Shown here in pieces: positions 1-7,102 of a DNA stretch of 13,072 nucleotides; the stretch's first letter is position 1; each line of letters opens with the position of its first letter. Source of the DNA: Archangiaceae bacterium (GTDB lineage: Bacteria > Myxococcota > Myxococcia > Myxococcales > Myxococcaceae); contig JAYVCD010000213.1 in the NCBI GenBank assembly GCA_043750125.1, forward strand, positions 1-13,072, written 5' to 3'. The notes beneath the pieces were generated by a model, which had not been told where the DNA came from, did no database searches, and saw only the letters and a list, made by a program, of their open reading frames with translations. The position numbers and the translations under genes are program-made.

Positions 1-13
1 AAGCGAGCCTGTG

Positions 14-163
14 ATGGAAAAGAAAAACCCAGAAGTAGCCGCAACGATTGGAGCAGAAGAGCTCAACCGCAGACCTCGTCGTCGGTACGCCGCGGAGGAG
101 AAAGCGCGGTTGCTGGCGGAGAGCGAAGCGCCTGGGAACAGCGGAACGTGTCAACGACCGTGA
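14..163 (+). pseudogene. Truncated transposase-associated HTH protein (HTH_Tnp_1 / IS66 TnpA-like), interrupted at the IS3-family element
   Basis: Manual translation from ATG14: MEKKNPEVAATIGAEELNRRPRRRYAAEEKARLLAESEAPGNS-GTCQRP* (TGA 161-163). RRRYxxEEKARLLAESxxPGxS resembles the N-terminus of IS66 TnpA/IS3 OrfA proteins. The expected HTH continuation (VxxVARRxG) is absent, and the last codons and the stop lie in the IS inverted repeat. Confidence 0.65.
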
Positions 164-169
164 GACAGC
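148..169. repeat. IS inverted repeat, downstream of orfB (IRR)
   Basis: GTGTCAACGACCGTGAGACAGC versus the reverse complement of 1647-1668, GTGCCAATGGGTGTGAGACAGC. 17/22 match, and the inner 10 bp (GTGAGACAGC) are identical. Confidence 0.8.
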
Positions 170-181
170 GGACTCGTAGGT

Positions 182-1183
182 TTACTGAGCAATCTCCTTT
201 GTCGGTTCGAGCTGCGTGGGCTTGTTGATCCAGACCTCGGCCTGAAGCTGAGCAGGGCGCGGCGAACCAAGAGGAAATCGTTCTGGGTGGGCAAGGAAGG
301 CCGCGTCGGGCGTGGTTGCTCGAGCTGCGAGACGCTGCTCGGCGAGCCCGTGGTGCACGTCGTGGGGCGTCAGCAGGGCAAGCCCGAGGTGATGGTGCTC
401 GCGGTTGTACCAGCTGAAGAAGTCGGCCCCGAAGGCGCGGGCGTCCTCGATGCAGCCGAAGCGCTCGGGAAAGTCAGGGCGGTACTTGAGTGTCTTGAAT
501 TGTGCTTCCGAAAACGGGTTGTCGTTCGAGACGTGCGGTCGTGAATGCGTCTTCGTCACGCCCAGGTCGGCCATCAGCAGCGCGGTGTTCTTCGCAGTCA
601 TTGGCGCTCCTCGGTCGGCGTGGATGGTGAGCTGATCCGGAAGAATCTGCTGCCGCTCGCAGCTCTCGCGGATCAGCTTCATCGCCAGGCCCGCCGATTC
701 CTTGTGAGCCACCATCCAGCCCACGACGTAGCGGCTGTAAACGTCGAGCAGCACGTAGAGGTAGAAATAGGTCCACTTTGCCGGGCCGAGCAGCTTGGTA
801 ATGTCCCAGCTCCAAAGCTCGTTGGGCGCGGCAGCGACCACCTGCGGCATCGCGTAATTCGGATGCCGCAGCTGATTCCTTCGCTCGCGGACTTCCTGAT
901 TCTCCGCGAGGACCCGGTACATCGTCCGGGGCGAGCAGAGATACCGGCGCTCGTCGAGCAGCGTGGCGTAGACCTCGACCGGCGCGAGATCCGCGAAGCG
1001 GGGCTCGTGAAGAACAGCGAGCACGGAGGCCTTCTCGTCGATGCTGAGCGCACGCGGCGGTGATCGCCGCTTTGACGCCGGCCTCGGCTTCAGCTGTCGG
1101 TAATAGGTCGCGCGGGCGAGCCCGAGCGCGAGGCAGGCGGCGACCACGCCGATCATCGGTCGCGCCTCGGCTACGGCCGCCAT
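182..1183 (-). CDS. IS3-family transposase OrfB (integrase/rve DDE domain)
   Basis: PNELWSWDITKL (D), LDVYSRYVVGW, IHADRG (D), SNDNPFSEAQFKTLKY (E...K), WYNREHHH; N-terminal ACLALGLARATYYR is typical of OrfB. Confidence 0.95.
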   Translation of the reverse strand: MAAVAEARPMIGVVAACLALGLARATYYRQLKPRPASKRRSPPRALSIDEKASVLAVLHEPRFADLAPVEVYATLLDERRYLCSPRTMYRVLAENQEVRERRNQLRHPNYAMPQVVAAAPNELWSWDITKLLGPAKWTYFYLYVLLDVYSRYVVGWMVAHKESAGLAMKLIRESCERQQILPDQLTIHADRGAPMTAKNTALLMADLGVTKTHSRPHVSNDNPFSEAQFKTLKYRPDFPERFGCIEDARAFGADFFSWYNREHHHLGLALLTPHDVHHGLAEQRLAARATTPDAAFLAHPERFPLGSPRPAQLQAEVWINKPTQLEPTKEIAQ

Positions 1184-1629
1184 CAGTCTTTCTCCGGAGG
1201 GTGCTCGGGAAGCTGAATCCCCAGGATCTCCGAGACTTTTTTTTGGAGGTCGATGATGGCTTCCGCCTTGCGAGCGCGGACCTCCATGCGAGCCATTTCT
1301 TTTTCGAGCGCGGCGATCTTCAGGTCGCGGGCATCGAGTACTTTCTTGCGAGGGCCGCGCTTCTTCGGCTCAAGCCCCGCGAGTTCCCCGCGATCACGGG
1401 CTTGTCGCCAAGTCGCCAGATGAGAGGAATACAGGCCCTCGCGCCGAAGAAGCGCGGCGACGCCTCCCGTCTCACCCGACGCGATGCACCGATCGGCTGC
1501 ATCGAGAATCCGTCTCTTTTCCTGCGCCGTGAACCGACGACGCTTCGCCTTCTCGACCACCTCGGTCTCCTCGACCAGAGGCCCAGCAGCTGCGGAATCC
1601 ATCGTCCCTGCCTTGGTCGCCCTCAACAC
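1183..1629 (-). CDS. IS3-family transposase OrfA (HTH + leucine-zipper-like coil); start may be GTG1629 or ATG1602
   Basis: KRRRFTAQEKRRIL...VAALLRREGLYSSHLATWR HTH, then a coiled coil ending IIDLQKKVSEILG. The stop overlaps the orfB ATG (TGATG). Confidence 0.9.
   Translation of the reverse strand: MLRATKAGTMDSAAAGPLVEETEVVEKAKRRRFTAQEKRRILDAADRCIASGETGGVAALLRREGLYSSHLATWRQARDRGELAGLEPKKRGPRKKVLDARDLKIAALEKEMARMEVRARKAEAIIDLQKKVSEILGIQLPEHPPEKD
1236..1244 (-). other. Putative programmed -1 ribosomal frameshift site (A8G) generating an OrfAB fusion
   Basis: Minus strand reads CAA AAA AAA GTC in the orfA frame (A AAA AAA heptamer). The -1 frame is open from there (KSLGDPGDSASRAPSGERL) into the orfB ATG. 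Confidence 0.75.
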
Positions 1630-1646
1630 TAAACTTCAAGCTGCGA

Positions 1647-1668
1647 GCTGTCTCACACCCATTGGCAC
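1647..1668. repeat. IS inverted repeat, upstream of orfA (IRL)
   Basis: GCTGTCTCACACCCATTGGCAC, the inverted counterpart of 148-169, lies 17 bp upstream of the orfA GTG. Confidence 0.8.
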
Positions 1669-1834
1669 AGAGGGCCAGGCTACGAGTCGAAGCTCTACTA
1701 CCCAATGTGATCCGACAGTACAGCGAGTACTTCAACCCGGCGGCGCATCCATGAAGGTTGGGATTGAAGACTGGCTTCGCGTGCGCCGGTGTCGGTGGTC
1801 GGCAAGCACGATCAAACATCTCCTCTAGTCGCCG

Positions 1835-2557
1835 CTAAGCGTCGAGGAAGGTCCCCAGCAGCACCCATCGTCGCGCGGTCAGCAGCTGCCCGCGACGGGC
1901 GACCAGCGGAGTCGTGTAGTGCCAGAAGGGCAGCCGGTAGGCGGTGACTCCGCCCAGGGTGTTGACGCTGGCCTCTTGCGAGAAGTGTCCCAGCGGGGCG
2001 TAGACCAGGCTCTGGCGTGCGACGCCCCGGGTGCAGAACGTCAGGTGCAGGTCGGTGTAGCCATCGCGCGCTTCGGGGTCTTCGGGGTGATGATCGTTGT
2101 GCGGCCCCGAGTAATCGCCCGGCCCGTACGCCAACACCTGGGTTCCCCAGCGCGGGCGCACTTTCCGGCCAGAGATGATTTCAGCGAAGCGGCCAAAGGT
2201 GTCGGACGAGAGCAGCCGCTGCAGCCCCAGCTTCTCGACCGTCTTCGTCCCCGCCGATGTGCGGGAAGCCATCGTCACGGTCTTCACTCGCACCGTCTTC
2301 GGCAACAGCTCGGCGTAGTTCTCGTCCATGCCCCAGATGCTCTCAGGGGGAATGGGAGCTTCCATCGCAGTCAGGTGGGGTGGGAGGTGCGCCTCGAGCG
2401 CCGCCAGAAGGGTGAGGCTCTTCGCGGGGTCGAGCAGATCATTGACGGCAATCAGCCGCTGGCCCGTCTTCAAGATTCCCTTCAGCGCCGGTACTTTTCC
2501 TTCGAGCGCACGGCGGCCTTTGGCCGACAGCAGGTCCGCGAACTGCGAGGGGAGCAT
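1835..2557 (-). CDS. Putative 2OG-Fe(II) dioxygenase superfamily protein (240 aa)
   Basis: The likely start is ATG2557 (MLPSQFADLL), 11 bp after the upstream stop; the track's longer N-terminus overlaps the neighbouring gene out of frame. Motifs: QVLAYGPGDYSGPHNDH (HxD), distal FWHYTTPL (His), terminal RRWVLLGTF (2OG-binding Arg position). Confidence 0.7.
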   Translation of the reverse strand: MLPSQFADLLSAKGRRALEGKVPALKGILKTGQRLIAVNDLLDPAKSLTLLAALEAHLPPHLTAMEAPIPPESIWGMDENYAELLPKTVRVKTVTMASRTSAGTKTVEKLGLQRLLSSDTFGRFAEIISGRKVRPRWGTQVLAYGPGDYSGPHNDHHPEDPEARDGYTDLHLTFCTRGVARQSLVYAPLGHFSQEASVNTLGGVTAYRLPFWHYTTPLVARRGQLLTARRWVLLGTFLDA

Positions 2558-2568
2558 CGGGCTGGACA

Positions 2569-3675
2569 CTACAGGCCTCCCCAACCCAATGGGACCCAGG
2601 TCCAGAAGACAGACCCGGGGTGGCGATAGGCCAGGTAGCTGCTGGCGACGGTCCACGCTCCCAGCACCGGCCAGTGCGCGCCGGCCTTTGGAGGTCGGGC
2701 CGCGAGCACCAGGCCAGGGGCGAGCAACGTGCCCGCGTGCCACCACCCGTGAGACCTTTCCAGCACCGCCAGCGCGAAGGCCGCGAGGACGGTTGCGGCG
2801 ACGAGGGGTTCGTCTTTGCGCCACAGCCAGAGGCCGGTGACCGCGGTCAGACCGGTGAACAGCGCCAGAGGCAGCTTGAGGTGAGAGAAGTGCACCGGGT
2901 TGTGCGGGGGAATGGTCTCGAGCGTGCCGGCGAGCGCGAATGCGGCCACCGCGGTGGGAATGACCAGCGCCAGGCTCGGCAAGATCCAGGCGAGGTTCCG
3001 GGTCGAATGGCGCAGCTCGTACAGCACCACCGCCGCGAGAGGAGCAAACACCGCCGCCCGAAAGTGAAGCGCCGCGGCGAGCGCGAGGCACCACACCGCC
3101 CACACCCGCTGCTCTCTCTTCCAGGCCAGGCACCCGAGCGCGCCGCAGAAAAGGTAACCGGCGTCGAGAAAGCCGTTCACCCCGATTCCGATCAGCAGCG
3201 GAATCGCGAGGAGAATTGCCCAGGCCTGAGCCGTCTTCGAGAGCGGAGCGAAGAGGCGGATCACGACGGCGCAGGCGGCGAGGGCGAGCCCCGTCCACAT
3301 CCACACCACCGCGCGGTGGGCGGTGCTGGGAGCCAACAGCCCGGCGCGGTCGAGGCGGGCCCACGGCCAGTGGGCGAGCATTCCCAGCGGAGGGTAGGGC
3401 GCGGTCCGCTCGGGAAAGAGCCCGGTGTGGATTTCGTCCAGGCCTTGGGCGCCGATCCATTCGCCGTAGGGCCGTCGGTAGACCGCGAGCCCCTGGTCGG
3501 TGAGGATCAACGCTTCCCCCATGTGCCGGAGGTGATCGGTGTAGGTCCCCGACGCGTCGCCGCTGGGGTTGTCGGGCTTCAACTGCGCGCGGACCAGCAG
3601 GCCGATTCCCAGCAGGGCGATGGCCAGCGGCGCGTAACGAATCAAGCCGAGTGGACTAGGGCTCGAGCCCGACAA
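2569..3675 (-). CDS. Polytopic membrane protein, GT-C glycosyltransferase-like (GT87/DUF2029-like); start uncertain (TTG3675 or TTG3645)
   Basis: An N-terminal TM helix, an extracytoplasmic loop with YTDH and PYPPL, then many hydrophobic helices including NGFLD and LALAAALHF. This matches the D...YPP...GxxD layout of GT-C enzymes. Confidence 0.6.
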   Translation of the reverse strand: MSGSSPSPLGLIRYAPLAIALLGIGLLVRAQLKPDNPSGDASGTYTDHLRHMGEALILTDQGLAVYRRPYGEWIGAQGLDEIHTGLFPERTAPYPPLGMLAHWPWARLDRAGLLAPSTAHRAVVWMWTGLALAACAVVIRLFAPLSKTAQAWAILLAIPLLIGIGVNGFLDAGYLFCGALGCLAWKREQRVWAVWCLALAAALHFRAAVFAPLAAVVLYELRHSTRNLAWILPSLALVIPTAVAAFALAGTLETIPPHNPVHFSHLKLPLALFTGLTAVTGLWLWRKDEPLVAATVLAAFALAVLERSHGWWHAGTLLAPGLVLAARPPKAGAHWPVLGAWTVASSYLAYRHPGSVFWTWVPLGWGGL

Positions 3676-4354
3676 AAATGTTCTGCACGTCGTCGTCTTC
3701 GTCGAGCTCCTCGAAGAACTTGTCGACTTCGGCCCGGTGCGCCGGCTCGACCTTGATTGGATTCTTGGCCTTCCAGCCCAGCACCGCGTGGTTCACCGTC
3801 CACTTCGCGGCGGTGAGCGCGCGGCTGACCGCGTCGAGGTCGTGCATCTCGGTGAAGAAGCGGGTCTGGCCGCCTTCACCCGGCTCGAGATCCTGCGCGC
3901 CTGCTTCGATCGCCGCGGTCTCGGGGTCCGCGCCGGGAGGAGGCGTCGCTTCGATCACTCCCTGGTGCTTGAAGTCCCAGGCGACCGAGCCTTCGCTGCC
4001 GAGGTGACCGCGGCGAAACAGCAGGCGAATGTTCGAGGCGGTGCGGTGCTTGTTGTCGGTGAGACATTCGACGATGACCGGCACATGGTGAGGACCAAAG
4101 CCCTCGTAGACGACGGTCTCGTAGTTGATGACCTCGTCGAGCAGGCCCGCTCCTTTCTTGATCGCGCGTTCGATCGTGTCGCGCGGCATCGACGCCGCTT
4201 TGGCCCGGTCGACCGCTTGTCGAAGCCGTGAGTTGGCGTCGGGGTCAGGGCCGCTCTTCGCCGCCACGATGATTTCCTTCGCCAGCTTTCCGAGAACACG
4301 TCCCTTGGTGGCCGCGTTCTCGCTTTTCCCCGCGTGTTTCCACTGAGCGCCCAT
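3656..4354 (-). CDS. yebC: YebC/PmpR (TACO1) family protein
   Basis: GPDPDANSRLRQA, MPRDTIERAIKKG, YEGFGP, IVECLTDNKHRT, AIEAGAQD and EDDDVQNIF are hallmark YebC motifs. The MGAQWK start marks a divergent subtype (canonical MAGHSKW). Confidence 0.95.
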   Translation of the reverse strand: MGAQWKHAGKSENAATKGRVLGKLAKEIIVAAKSGPDPDANSRLRQAVDRAKAASMPRDTIERAIKKGAGLLDEVINYETVVYEGFGPHHVPVIVECLTDNKHRTASNIRLLFRRGHLGSEGSVAWDFKHQGVIEATPPPGADPETAAIEAGAQDLEPGEGGQTRFFTEMHDLDAVSRALTAAKWTVNHAVLGWKAKNPIKVEPAHRAEVDKFFEELDEDDDVQNIFVGLEP

Positions 4355-4377
4355 GGGCGCGATCTACCGCTTTTTAC

Positions 4378-4409
4378 GACCGGAGGTTGAAGGCAATCCG
4401 CTCCGGGTC
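4378..4409. other. Intergenic stem-loop between the Uma2 gene and yebC
   Basis: CCGGAG (4380-4385) pairs with CTCCGG (4401-4406), with flanking GAC/GTC and inner TTG/CAA pairing. There is no U-tract on the transcribed minus strand, so function is unknown. Confidence 0.3.
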
Positions 4410-4429
4410 CGCGAGCGCACAATCTGCAC

Positions 4430-4990
4430 TCAACGTTCCCAAAGTGCTCCCAGCTCGAATTCGATCGCATCGAAAGGCCGTGCTCGGACCCGCTCATCAT
4501 TCTTGTGAGTCGAGATGATCCGAAACGTTCGCCCATCGAGCTCCAGAACCTCGAGAGTCCGGGCGAGAGGAGACATCAGCCAGGCATGAGCGACACCGGT
4601 TGCGGCGTAGATGGGAACCTTATCGGTGCGATCGATTTGCTCGGTGGAAGGCGAGAGCACTTCGCACACCCAGTCTGGGGCCAGCGTAAAGAACGCGGCG
4701 TCTGGAATCTGTGGCATTCGCGCCCGGCGCCAACCGGCCAGATCGGGCACCAGAATGTCTGAGCCGAGGTGAAGCTCGGGCTCATCGAGAATGACCCAAC
4801 CGCCGGGGCCTCCTTCCCCCTCATCAAACGGCCTTCCGAGCTTGCTGCCCAGACGGCTCGACGCGCGCGCATGAAGTGCAGCGGGCCTCGGCAGTACCGA
4901 GAGCGTGCCGTGAATGAGCTCAGCCACCTGGTGGCGAGGAGCGTTCATCACGTCCTGGTAGGTAGCGGTCTTCTTGGCTGCGTTCGCCAT
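4430..4990 (-). CDS. Uma2 (DUF820) family PD-(D/E)xK nuclease-fold protein
   Basis: AELIHGTL..PRP...H, GPGGWVILDEPELHL, LVPDLAGWRR, APDWVCEVLSPST...DR..K...YA..GV.HAWL..P are typical Uma2 signatures. Confidence 0.93.
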   Translation of the reverse strand: MANAAKKTATYQDVMNAPRHQVAELIHGTLSVLPRPAALHARASSRLGSKLGRPFDEGEGGPGGWVILDEPELHLGSDILVPDLAGWRRARMPQIPDAAFFTLAPDWVCEVLSPSTEQIDRTDKVPIYAATGVAHAWLMSPLARTLEVLELDGRTFRIISTHKNDERVRARPFDAIEFELGALWER

Positions 4991-5007
4991 GCCCCAACCC
5001 TAACGCG

Positions 5008-6123
5008 TCAGGAAGCGGCGAGGACGTCGGCGACGGTGATCAACGTCCCCATGTCGTCGGCGCCCTGGGGCAATTCGGGAATGGCGATGGCGGTCGCGCC
5101 TTTTCCAGCGCGGCCCTTCAGCTCTTCGAGCAGCGCGTTGTCTTTGATCGCCGCGTCCTGCTCGGTGCGGGCGAGGATCTGCAGCTTCCCGAGGGCCCCC
5201 TTCGCTTCGCTGCTGGCGGGCGTTGCAAAGATGCTCTCTTCGGGAAAGCGGCGATCGGTGCTGCGCGCCCGGCTGCGGTTGAGCACGAACCCCTTGAAAG
5301 GCAATTCGAGCTCGCGGGTCTTGTCCTGGAAGAAGTGTGCTTCGACCAGAGTCGACGGGGCCGGAGAGGTGACCAGCAGGAACGCTACGTCGGGCCCGCT
5401 CAAGAAGGTCCGCATGGTGTTCACGTCCATGTTGAGCGCGGTGAAGATCCCCGAGAAGAGGCTCATGAAGGTCACGAGCTCGACGGCAAATTCCTCACCG
5501 AAGACGGCTCCGAGAATCTTCTGAATCACCTTCGAGGCGGCGCGGGCGACGAGGCTGTCTGCACGGGGGAGAAAGGCCTGGATCGCGCGGCCTTCGATCA
5601 GGCGAGAGAGCCGGCGCGGGGCTTCGAGGAAATCGAGCGCGTGGCGCGAAGGAGGCGTGTCGAGCACCACCAGGTCATAGCGGCCTTCAATCACCAGCCG
5701 GTGCAACGCTTCCATCGCGGTGTACTCGTGCATCCCCGCGACCATCGCCGACAGCTGCTGGTAGATGCGGTTGCTCAGCACGCGCTCGGCGTCGGCGGGA
5801 TTCTTGGTCAGCCTTCGCACCGACTCGTCGGCGACCAGCTTGGGGTCGAGCATCCACGCGTCGAGCGAAGCCGGAGCGGTGATCCCCGCGGCCGCCTGAC
5901 GATCGGGAGGAATCGACACCGGCTTGGGGGGATTTCGCGAAACCCCCAGCGTCTCGGCCAGCCGCTTCGACGGGTCGATGGTGAGCACCAGGACTCGCCG
6001 GCCCGCGCGCGCCGCGGCCAGGGAAAGCGCTGCCGCGGTGGTGGTCTTGCCGACGCCGCCCGCGCCGCAACAGACGATGATCTTCTTGGTGCGAAGCAGC
6101 TCGCCGACGTGGACTTCACTCAT
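5008..6123 (-). CDS. ArsA/Get3-family ATPase, second subunit of the pair (Rv3680/BagB-like)
   Basis: Walker A CGAGGVGKTT, switch I TIDPSKRLAETLG, GMHEYTAMEAL, switch II VVLDTPPSRHALDFLEAP, and VLNR. Confidence 0.9.
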   Translation of the reverse strand: MSEVHVGELLRTKKIIVCCGAGGVGKTTTAAALSLAAARAGRRVLVLTIDPSKRLAETLGVSRNPPKPVSIPPDRQAAAGITAPASLDAWMLDPKLVADESVRRLTKNPADAERVLSNRIYQQLSAMVAGMHEYTAMEALHRLVIEGRYDLVVLDTPPSRHALDFLEAPRRLSRLIEGRAIQAFLPRADSLVARAASKVIQKILGAVFGEEFAVELVTFMSLFSGIFTALNMDVNTMRTFLSGPDVAFLLVTSPAPSTLVEAHFFQDKTRELELPFKGFVLNRSRARSTDRRFPEESIFATPASSEAKGALGKLQILARTEQDAAIKDNALLEELKGRAGKGATAIAIPELPQGADDMGTLITVADVLAAS

Positions 6124-7058
6124 CCGGTCGCGCGCTCTTGCTTGGGGTGCCCCACGTCCTGTGCTGCGAGCAGCGCGTCAGCGATTCTGGGAATCAACCC
6201 TGCCGCGGGCAGCTCGGGGACGACGAAGATCGGCAGCTGGGTTCCCGCGCGCAGCCGGGCCAGCTCGCGCCGGGAAGACTCGGGCTTGTGGAAGCCTTCC
6301 GAGCCGAAGAGGTTGAGGGTGTCGACCAGGGGGAGCAGCAGGTCGCGCTCGTTGCGGGTGAACGGGTCAATCGGAAAGCGGTTGAGGATGACGCCTCCGG
6401 TGGGCATCGAGGTCTTCTGCAGCCCCTCGAGCAGCTCGAGGCATTCGCTCACCGGCAGCGTCTCGGGCAGGGTGACGACGTACGCGGCCGCCTTCTTCGG
6501 GTCGTTGAGGTAGCTCTGACCTTCGCGCAGCGCTTCGGCGATCGGCCCCCGGGGCAACAACCGCAGCAGCATGTCGGGCAGCCCGGTCAGCGAAAGCGTG
6601 TGGCCCGTCGCGGGCATGTCGACGAGGATCAACTCGTACAGCGGCTCGCCTTCCGACCGTTCCATGCGCAGGTAGGTGAGCAGTTGGAAAAAGACGCCCA
6701 TCTCTTTGAACGAAGGTCCGGCGCTGAGCAGACGGCGCAGGGACTCAGAGCTGATCGCCGCGCGTGCGAGGGTGGACGAGCGGAGCACCGAGCGCAAAAA
6801 CAGCTCCTGGCCCGACCGTGCGAGCAGCAGGGCCCCATCAATTCCCGGAGCGAGCTTCTCGGGGGAAGCTGGCAAGCGGTCGCGGCCAAACTGGCGGGCG
6901 AGGGGCGAATAGTCTTTCGGGTCGTCGCCGATTTCGGTGACCAGCACCCGGACCCCTCGACGTTGCGCAATCAACCCGATCGCGGCCGTGAGCGAGGAAC
7001 GGCCGACGCCGCCCTTGCCGGGCAACAAGACCACGCGTTTCTTGAGCAGCTCGTCCAA
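6120..7058 (-). CDS. ArsA/Get3-family ATPase, first subunit of the pair (Rv3679/BagA-like), degenerate P-loop
   Basis: PGKGGVGRSS, VLVTEIG, GPSFKEM, LVDMPATGH, VTLPETLPVSE, ILNR. TTG start; the stop overlaps the next ATG (ATGA at 6120-6123). Confidence 0.88.
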   Translation of the reverse strand: MDELLKKRVVLLPGKGGVGRSSLTAAIGLIAQRRGVRVLVTEIGDDPKDYSPLARQFGRDRLPASPEKLAPGIDGALLLARSGQELFLRSVLRSSTLARAAISSESLRRLLSAGPSFKEMGVFFQLLTYLRMERSEGEPLYELILVDMPATGHTLSLTGLPDMLLRLLPRGPIAEALREGQSYLNDPKKAAAYVVTLPETLPVSECLELLEGLQKTSMPTGGVILNRFPIDPFTRNERDLLLPLVDTLNLFGSEGFHKPESSRRELARLRAGTQLPIFVVPELPAAGLIPRIADALLAAQDVGHPKQERATG

Positions 7059-7102
7059 AACGGATGCACTCTAACCACGGGATTGCTTCGAGCGCCCTTC
7101 CG

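Larger units (their letters stand above)
148..1668 (-). mobile_element. IS3-family insertion sequence (about 1.52 kb, orfA + orfB); exact termini uncertain by a few bp
   Basis: HTH orfA and DDE orfB in the -1 relative frame, an A8G slippery tract, and imperfect inverted repeats at 148-169 and 1647-1668 (17/22 identity by manual alignment). Confidence 0.9.

Noticed and set aside
1484..1828. ORFs 1484..1828 (+) and 1472..1819 (-)
   Set aside because: They span the IS boundary and overlap orfA; chimeric chance frames.
2558..3460. N-terminal ~300 aa of the 541-aa ORF 1835..3460
   Set aside because: Arg/Pro/Gly-rich out-of-frame read of the membrane-protein gene; protein-like sequence begins at ATG2557.
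4430..4990. Uma2 protein as a defence or restriction system
   Set aside because: Solitary gene with no methylase or other defence partner; this family is commonly multicopy and scattered.
5008..7058. Arsenic resistance operon
   Set aside because: No arsR/B/C/D or acr3 in the window and no evident metalloid-binding Cys set; the motif pattern fits the BagA/BagB-like pair.
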